Made by a program: the position numbers and the translations under genes. From a virus (Duplodnaviria > Caudoviricetes), in the IMG/VR virus record IMGVR_UViG_3300022752_000076, positions 1-59,716 of that record: 59,716 bases of DNA, one strand, 5' to 3'. The notes under the pieces were generated by a model that was given only the letters and a program-made list of their open reading frames with translations, had not been told where the DNA came from and did not search any database. Positions within the stretch are counted from its first letter, which is position 1, and each line of letters opens with the position of its first letter. Shown one piece after another: positions 53,740 to 59,716 of the stretch.

Positions 53740-56700
53740 TTATGCGAATACTAATTTAAAAGTTCCTGTACCTGCTGTAATAGTACTAATTCTTGTACCT
53801 CCTGATACTGTACTTGAAATAGTTAAACCACTGCTAGTAATATTATAGGCGTTTGAATAACTAAGTATTAATACTCCGCTAGCACCGCTACCACCAGTTG
53901 CACCACTACCTGCAGGACTAGTTCCACCACCACCGCCGCCGCTACCAGTATTTATTGTACCTGCTGCTCCAGAAACACTATCACTATTACTACCTGCTCC
54001 ACCTATACCACTACTTCCTCCAGCACCAGCAGTACCAGCATTACTTCCACCGCCACCACCAGCAGCATATACTACACTACTACCGGTTATTGTGCTAGTT
54101 ATACCTGCTCCACCTGTGCCAGCAGTAGTACCACTAGCCGCTGTTCCAGCACTAAAAGTTCCGCCACCACCACCGCCACTACCAGTACCACCATTGCCAC
54201 CAGGCGTGCCAATAAAAATATTAGTACTAGTTACCAGTGCTCCTGTACCTACGGCATTAGGTGCTGTTGCACCTGCACCACCGCCACCACTACTACCCTG
54301 CTTAGCAATAACAACAGTAGTATTATTACTACCGCCACCGCCACCGCCTATTACTGGATATTGTAGTGCGCTAAAAGTAGTGTCATTGCCACTAGATCCT
54401 GAAAATGTTCTAGTGCTACTGCCGCTACCCCCTGCACCTATAGTAACACTGTAAGGATATTCAAGGCGTAAATTTAGTGTTCCAAATGTATAAGCACCGG
54501 CACCACCTCCACCACCTCGCTCACGACCGCCACCACCGCCACCACCTACAGCAACATAATTAGTAGCAACTGTAGCAAGTGTATTAAATTTAAGTGTACC
54601 AGTTCCACCAGTAAATTTATATATTTTATAACCACTATAAGTACTAGCATCTATGGTATATGTTAAACCAGAATCTATTTCACTAAAATAGCTGCTTTGT
54701 GGTACTTTAAACATAATTAAGCCGCTGCCGCCAGCTCCGCTACCTTTGGGTCCTATAGCCGTGGCCCCACTTCTGCCACCTGCTCCGCCACCGCTGCCAG
54801 TATTAGTAGCACCATCACCAAATCCAGTATAACCATAAGCACTACCATATGGTGCGTTCATATCTCCGCCACCTTTACCACCTATATTAGTGCCATTACC
54901 ACCACCACCAAAACCGCCGTTACCACTATCAGGATTTCCTGTAAAATAACTGCCTGAACCGCCACCGCCGCCACCAGCAAGCTCAACACCAAATAGTGTA
55001 ATACTGTTTCCACCACGTCCATTTGGCAGCTTAGTATCACCATTTTGATATATTCTATATGCACCTGTTCCGCTCATTGCTGGTGCACCTGCTCCGCCGG
55101 CTCCGCCGCCGCCACCACTATCTCCATAAGTTTGATGGTCTCCGCCTCTATGACCTTGATAGGCTGCTGCAGCTCCACTACCAATCTGATAACCGTTTCC
55201 ACCAGTACTACCGCCCCAGCTACCAGGACCATATTGTCCAGTACTATAACTATAACCATCTGGTGCAGTTTTGTTTGCAAATCCAGCGCTCATACCGTAT
55301 CCGCCACCAAATGCACGTATTGGTTGTTGTGTACCAACGGTTATGCTTGAGGTAACTCCATTGTTTCCATCTTGAGTATCACTAGCGTATACAGTAGAGG
55401 CTCCGCCTGCACCAACTGTAACTGTTAGTTGCTGGTTGGCTTCTAGGTCTAAATAACCTGTAACTACTCCACCGGCTCCTCCACCACCAACTCCACGAAA
55501 ACTATTGGTGTGCGCTCCACTAGCGCCGCCACCTACTGCTACATATTCTACTACGCTACTTACTGCTATTTGTGGTAGTTTTGTAGTTGCTGGCGTAAAG
55601 TTCTGTAGGTATCTGGCAATTTTACTGGCTCTAAACTCGTGTAAATATCCCCTATAAAATTCTGTGGTTAGTGCGGGACTAACACCTATAACACAAGCAC
55701 CATCAGTAAATGTTTGTGTGGTCAAATTCCATGTATTAGTACTTGCAGTGCCATTTATGTATATAGTTACTACATTTTCAAATCTAACTACCGCTACGTG
55801 GTTCCAAGCGTTTAACGTTAAACTGTTATTACTAGTTACTTGAAACGCGCTAGCACTATAAATAAATATCTGACCACTAACATTTAATCCTATATGAAAT
55901 CCGGTAGCGTTTGCTGCCGAATTACTTTGACAGTATACACTAATGTAATTAGCAAAAGTTTCTGGATATAACCACATTTCAACTGTAAAATCACCTAAAC
56001 CATAGCTGTGTAAGTTAGGATTATGAGATCTGGCACGAATATATGTACTAGTACCGTTGAAATATAGTGCTGTTTGACCTACGCGTTTTTGTTTGGTCGT
56101 TATTAGCGGATTACCTACTAATTCCAAAGTATTTTGTTCGGTTACATCATATGCACCTAATTGTAAACCATTAAGTAAAAGTACTGTTCTAGCAATTTTA
56201 GATGTTGAATAAAATGGAAGTAAGTTAGTAGTTGGCCTAGCAGGAGGTGAGTCGCTATAAGCTTGATTAGCTCCTTCAATAATCTGTAGGTTAGCTATAT
56301 ATCCATTCATAGGATTAGTAGAGCCGCCACGAGCACCCAAATATACAGCTTTAGTAGTAGTGCCAAATGCAGCTGCTGTACCATATGAACCAGTAGTATT
56401 AAATCCTGTGCCGTTAATATATCCGAAAATACTATTAGCACCAGCGGCAAGAGTTTGTCTAAAAATAGTTACATGATACCATTTTTTAGCTTGAATACCA
56501 GTATGACTTAATCTTAGTGTACTTCCATCTAAAAATACTTGTAGTGTTCCTGCAGTAGTTACTTCTATTACCCAATCAGTAGTAGCTGCTGCGGTATAAT
56601 TTCCTATCAAATGTTGTTGTGTGGCTAGTGTATTTAAATAAAACCAAAAACTAATACTAAAATCAGCTGGTGCAAATAAATTGCGAGTAGCTTGAGTTCT

Positions 56701-59070
56701 AAGTGTATCTCCAGTACCGTCAAAGTATATACTACCGCCCTGCAAATTAGTATCTCTAGCTCGATTAACACTGTTTAATGGTGTAAACGGCGTAGTAAAA
56801 ATATTAGTACCTGTTGGCGTAATATTCTTAGGTGTAGTAGCTATATTTAAATCGGTAATATCATGTCTGTATATAATACGTCTGGCACCTGTAGTACCCT
56901 GTCTATATCCACCTAGTAGCAGTGTTTGATTTGTGGTATTTTCACCTATAGGCAGCAAACTTGGTGTAAAAGTACTGGTATACTTTGCAGTGCCTGAAAG
57001 TATACTAACATTTGTAGCATATCCGGTAAATACGTTACTGCTATTCCATTGACCCATAGCTACAGTATTAGTTGTACCTCCTCTATTAGTAAGAGTAGTA
57101 GTTCCGGTTAAAGTTTGTTGTATTCCGTTGACATATAGTTGAATAGCATTGGCATTAACGCTAGCGGCAATATGTGTCCACTTATTTAGTGGAATAAATG
57201 TATTACCTGTGGCATTTTTAGCTACACTATCATACCAGTAGAGCTGCAAAAGATTACTATTATTGGGTCCGAAAGTTAACCAACTACTAGTAGAGGCAGG
57301 AGTCATATCTCCTATTAATCCTGGAATAGCAGTTGTAGGTGTTGCTGTTGGATAAATCCATGCTTCAATAGTAAATGTGCTAGTAGAGCTTGTTAATACT
57401 GCAGCATTACTAACTAAGTAATTACCAGCTCCTCCAAAGTACAGTGATAATTCACTGTCTACGCTGTTATAGGGACTGAAGGAACTTAGTGTAGTATTTC
57501 CTGTTTTAATTAGTCCCTGTGTATTTGATACATCAACTGGTAAATTAACTGGACTAACATTATTTTCGCAAGTTAATAACTGTGTGCCGCTAGTTGCTGT
57601 AACTGGCTGAGTTGGCACAGTAATAGTTGATCCAGTATATATGGCACTACCACCCACAAATTTTGCATTTGCTATATGCCCATTCCAATTTGGATTGGTG
57701 CCTGCATTAGCTCCACCTATACGAATAAATGTAGCAGTTTGACGTAATTGAGTAGATGTATATGTACTATTATTTAAAACTCGTGTGCCATTTATCCAAA
57801 GATTTAATGTGCCACTTTCTCTAGTAAATACTACGTGACACCATTCAAATAATCTAATAGTTGCGGATGTACTAGTACCACTGCCACCAAAAGCTGCACC
57901 ATTGACGCTATCAATACCATATACATTTAATGTAGTAGTAACACTAGCACTAGGATTTGCGCGTAACATTAAATCATCGTTACTACCAATACCAAATATA
58001 GCACAGCTATATTGTGGCCCACTAAAAGACAGTGGATATACCCATGCTTCAAAAGTAAAATCACCTAAGTCAGTAAAGAAACTAGAAATATTACCAATAG
58101 TTGCTTGTAGATAGTCACCGGTACCGTCAAAATAAGCACTACCAACAGTACTAGTTGACTCAACAAACGGCGCATAGTTTTCTATTCGCACTTCGCCAAA
58201 TACAGATATAGTGGCTGCTATGCTACTACCATCAACAAATCTATTTGTATGTAGTGCTAATAAATTAACGCTACCGGTGATGCTATTAGCTACACTAGCA
58301 CCTGTCCAACTTACACTACTAGTATTAACTGGTTGTTGTGGTGCAGTAAATCTAGTTGTACTTGCGTTTAGTGCTTGACCTTTTATATATCTAACGTTAC
58401 TTATATTGCCAATAAATAAATTAGTAATTGTGCTGCCTGGTGTTGCTGATTGTAGGTATCCGCCACCTAGTATAAATCCACTAGTAGATAAATAATTTCC
58501 AGTATCAGTATAATTTACTCCGCCTTGTACACCATCTACAAATAATCTAGTAACACCACTATTTCTAATAAGTGCTACGTGATACCAATCATTATAATTA
58601 AGTACTACTCCATGATTTATTCTATCAGCACCATTAGACCAAAATCTTACAGTTCTATTACTAGCCAAGTATAAATTTATGTATATGCCATTAGTACTTG
58701 CTGGACGCATGTCTAACAAATTATACCCGTTGGCACCAGGAACTCCTTGTATACTAATCCAAAATTCTATAGTAAAATCGCCTGTGCCAGGAGCATAATT
58801 TGTATTATTGGGTAGTGTTATATAGTCACCAGTTCCATCAAAGTAAGCGCTCCAATTCGTTTTATAGGGACTAAAACTAGTGCCTATTACATCTCCTACA
58901 GGAGTTAATACGAAACCATTAGTACTACTATCACTAAAAGTGTTAGTAGTACTTTGATTAGTTTCTAGTAGTAGAGTATTTCTGCTAAAATAAGGATCAG
59001 TTATAACGTAACTTTCCGCTGCAGATGCGGCCCTACCCAAACCTTGATTGACCTTAGTATGACTAAACAT
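53740..59070 (-). CDS. very large tail protein with repeated LamG/ConA-like domains plus two glycine-rich modules
   Basis: Repeated S.YFDGTGDY...DFT.E.W...W.HVA..R....G.I.N units; YVAVGGG Gly-rich C-terminus. Confidence 0.87.
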   Translation of the reverse strand: MFSHTKVNQGLGRAASAAESYVITDPYFSRNTLLLETNQSTTNTFSDSSTNGFVLTPVGDVIGTSFSPYKTNWSAYFDGTGDYITLPNNTNYAPGTGDFTIEFWISIQGVPGANGYNLLDMRPASTNGIYINLYLASNRTVRFWSNGADRINHGVVLNYNDWYHVALIRNSGVTRLFVDGVQGGVNYTDTGNYLSTSGFILGGGYLQSATPGSTITNLFIGNISNVRYIKGQALNASTTRFTAPQQPVNTSSVSWTGASVANSITGSVNLLALHTNRFVDGSSIAATISVFGEVRIENYAPFVESTSTVGSAYFDGTGDYLQATIGNISSFFTDLGDFTFEAWVYPLSFSGPQYSCAIFGIGSNDDLMLRANPSASVTTTLNVYGIDSVNGAAFGGSGTSTSATIRLFEWCHVVFTRESGTLNLWINGTRVLNNSTYTSTQLRQTATFIRIGGANAGTNPNWNGHIANAKFVGGSAIYTGSTITVPTQPVTATSGTQLLTCENNVSPVNLPVDVSNTQGLIKTGNTTLSSFSPYNSVDSELSLYFGGAGNYLVSNAAVLTSSTSTFTIEAWIYPTATPTTAIPGLIGDMTPASTSSWLTFGPNNSNLLQLYWYDSVAKNATGNTFIPLNKWTHIAASVNANAIQLYVNGIQQTLTGTTTLTNRGGTTNTVAMGQWNSSNVFTGYATNVSILSGTAKYTSTFTPSLLPIGENTTNQTLLLGGYRQGTTGARRIIYRHDITDLNIATTPKNITPTGTNIFTTPFTPLNSVNRARDTNLQGGSIYFDGTGDTLRTQATRNLFAPADFSISFWFYLNTLATQQHLIGNYTAAATTDWVIEVTTAGTLQVFLDGSTLRLSHTGIQAKKWYHVTIFRQTLAAGANSIFGYINGTGFNTTGSYGTAAAFGTTTKAVYLGARGGSTNPMNGYIANLQIIEGANQAYSDSPPARPTTNLLPFYSTSKIARTVLLLNGLQLGAYDVTEQNTLELVGNPLITTKQKRVGQTALYFNGTSTYIRARSHNPNLHSYGLGDFTVEMWLYPETFANYISVYCQSNSAANATGFHIGLNVSGQIFIYSASAFQVTSNNSLTLNAWNHVAVVRFENVVTIYINGTASTNTWNLTTQTFTDGACVIGVSPALTTEFYRGYLHEFRASKIARYLQNFTPATTKLPQIAVSSVVEYVAVGGGASGAHTNSFRGVGGGGAGGVVTGYLDLEANQQLTVTVGAGGASTVYASDTQDGNNGVTSSITVGTQQPIRAFGGGYGMSAGFANKTAPDGYSYSTGQYGPGSWGGSTGGNGYQIGSGAAAAYQGHRGGDHQTYGDSGGGGGAGGAGAPAMSGTGAYRIYQNGDTKLPNGRGGNSITLFGVELAGGGGGGSGSYFTGNPDSGNGGFGGGGNGTNIGGKGGGDMNAPYGSAYGYTGFGDGATNTGSGGGAGGRSGATAIGPKGSGAGGSGLIMFKVPQSSYFSEIDSGLTYTIDASTYSGYKIYKFTGGTGTLKFNTLATVATNYVAVGGGGGGGRERGGGGGAGAYTFGTLNLRLEYPYSVTIGAGGSGSSTRTFSGSSGNDTTFSALQYPVIGGGGGGSNNTTVVIAKQGSSGGGGAGATAPNAVGTGALVTSTNIFIGTPGGNGGTGSGGGGGGTFSAGTAASGTTAGTGGAGITSTITGSSVVYAAGGGGGSNAGTAGAGGSSGIGGAGSNSDSVSGAAGTINTGSGGGGGGTSPAGSGATGGSGASGVLILSYSNAYNITSSGLTISSTVSGGTRISTITAGTGTFKLVFA

Positions 59071-59716
59071 TATGGCGTATATCCTTGACTAGGTGTTCCG
59101 TACCAATTTGTACCGTCGCTAATAAATGTAAAAATATCCATTGTACCAGCTGTACTAGTTACTACTGGCACTCCACTCCAAATAGGCCATTTAACACCAG
59201 TAAATGTAGCCGTACCATTACCAGTACTTGCAGCTTGTTTCAACATAACTACAAATGACTTACTGCTAGCAACTGCTGGCATTGTAAAAGTACAAGCCGT
59301 ACTAGCTGTTAGTGTAACTATTTGTACTGTTCCACTACTAATATTAAATGTATGTGAGCTTGTTACTGTGCCTACGTTTACTACTTGTTCTGTGTAATTT
59401 TGAACTATAGGATCTACAAGTGTTTTGTTGCTTAGAGTTTGTGCACTGCTTAAGTCTACACCACCACCGCCACCACCACCTGGTATATTTACAATTACAG
59501 CATTACTAGACTGTGTAGCTGTAACGCCTGCACCAATAAAATTAATACTAACTGGAGTAGCCGTTAGTGAAACGTCTTCGTCTAGTATTTGTATAGCACC
59601 ACCAGCACCAGTAGCTCCTTGAGCACCAGTAGCTCCTTGAGCACCAGTAGCTCCTTGAGCACCAGTAGCTCCTTGAGCACCAGTAGCTCCTTGAGCACCA
59701 GTAGCTCCTTGAGCAC
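59070..59716 (-). CDS. collagen-repeat tail protein, 5' end outside the window
   Basis: Frame open from the window end: (GAQGAT)n-GGAIQILDED...QTLSNKTL...VKWP...DIFTFISDGTNWYG. Confidence 0.85.
   Translation of the reverse strand, partial: AQGATGAQGATGAQGATGAQGATGAQGATGAQGATGAGGAIQILDEDVSLTATPVSINFIGAGVTATQSSNAVIVNIPGGGGGGGVDLSSAQTLSNKTLVDPIVQNYTEQVVNVGTVTSSHTFNISSGTVQIVTLTASTACTFTMPAVASSKSFVVMLKQAASTGNGTATFTGVKWPIWSGVPVVTSTAGTMDIFTFISDGTNWYGTPSQGYTP
59605..59716 (-). repeat. perfect 18-bp tandem repeat encoding GAQGAT
   Basis: (GAGCACCAGTAGCTCCTT)n to the window end. Confidence 0.92.

Noticed and set aside
59605-59716. Tandem repeats (also 52555-52770 and 12540-12725) as a CRISPR array
   Set aside because: No unique spacers; repeats are multiples of 9 nt inside ORFs and encode collagen G-x-y

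Overview
AT-rich segment of a lytic, T5-related (Demerecviridae-like) tailed phage. The host is probably an aquatic Gram-negative bacterium, likely a betaproteobacterium, judged from the spanins, the outer-membrane protein and the tmRNA tag ANDEVFALAA. Bases 1-17.4 kb are an accessory/RNA region driven by many near-consensus sigma70 promoters. It holds 8 tRNAs, a 3' tRNA remnant, a circularly permuted two-piece tmRNA, at least one unassigned structured ncRNA, ThyX, a SleB-like hydrolase, a beta-barrel OMP, Hsp20 with a ROSE-type thermometer, UvsE, rubrerythrin plus rubredoxin, an orphan Xre/MbcA antitoxin domain, a microprotein operon and a Gly/Gln-rich plus collagen operon. Bases 17.4-37.4 kb (+) are the T5-type replication block: D3, D2, PC4-like SSB, split NAD ligase, D5, DnaB-like helicase, primase, PolA, D10-D15, dUTPase and a class II RNR, interrupted by two free-standing GIY-YIG homing endonucleases. 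Bases 37.4-59.7 kb (-) are a late block: collagen/LamG/glycine-rich tail proteins, a 2OG-oxygenase plus glycosyltransferase cassette, spanins and a GH19 endolysin, a seven-gene cluster of unknown exported/membrane proteins led by an Asn-repeat amyloid-like protein, and PhoH. All family assignments come from recalled motifs, not database searches.
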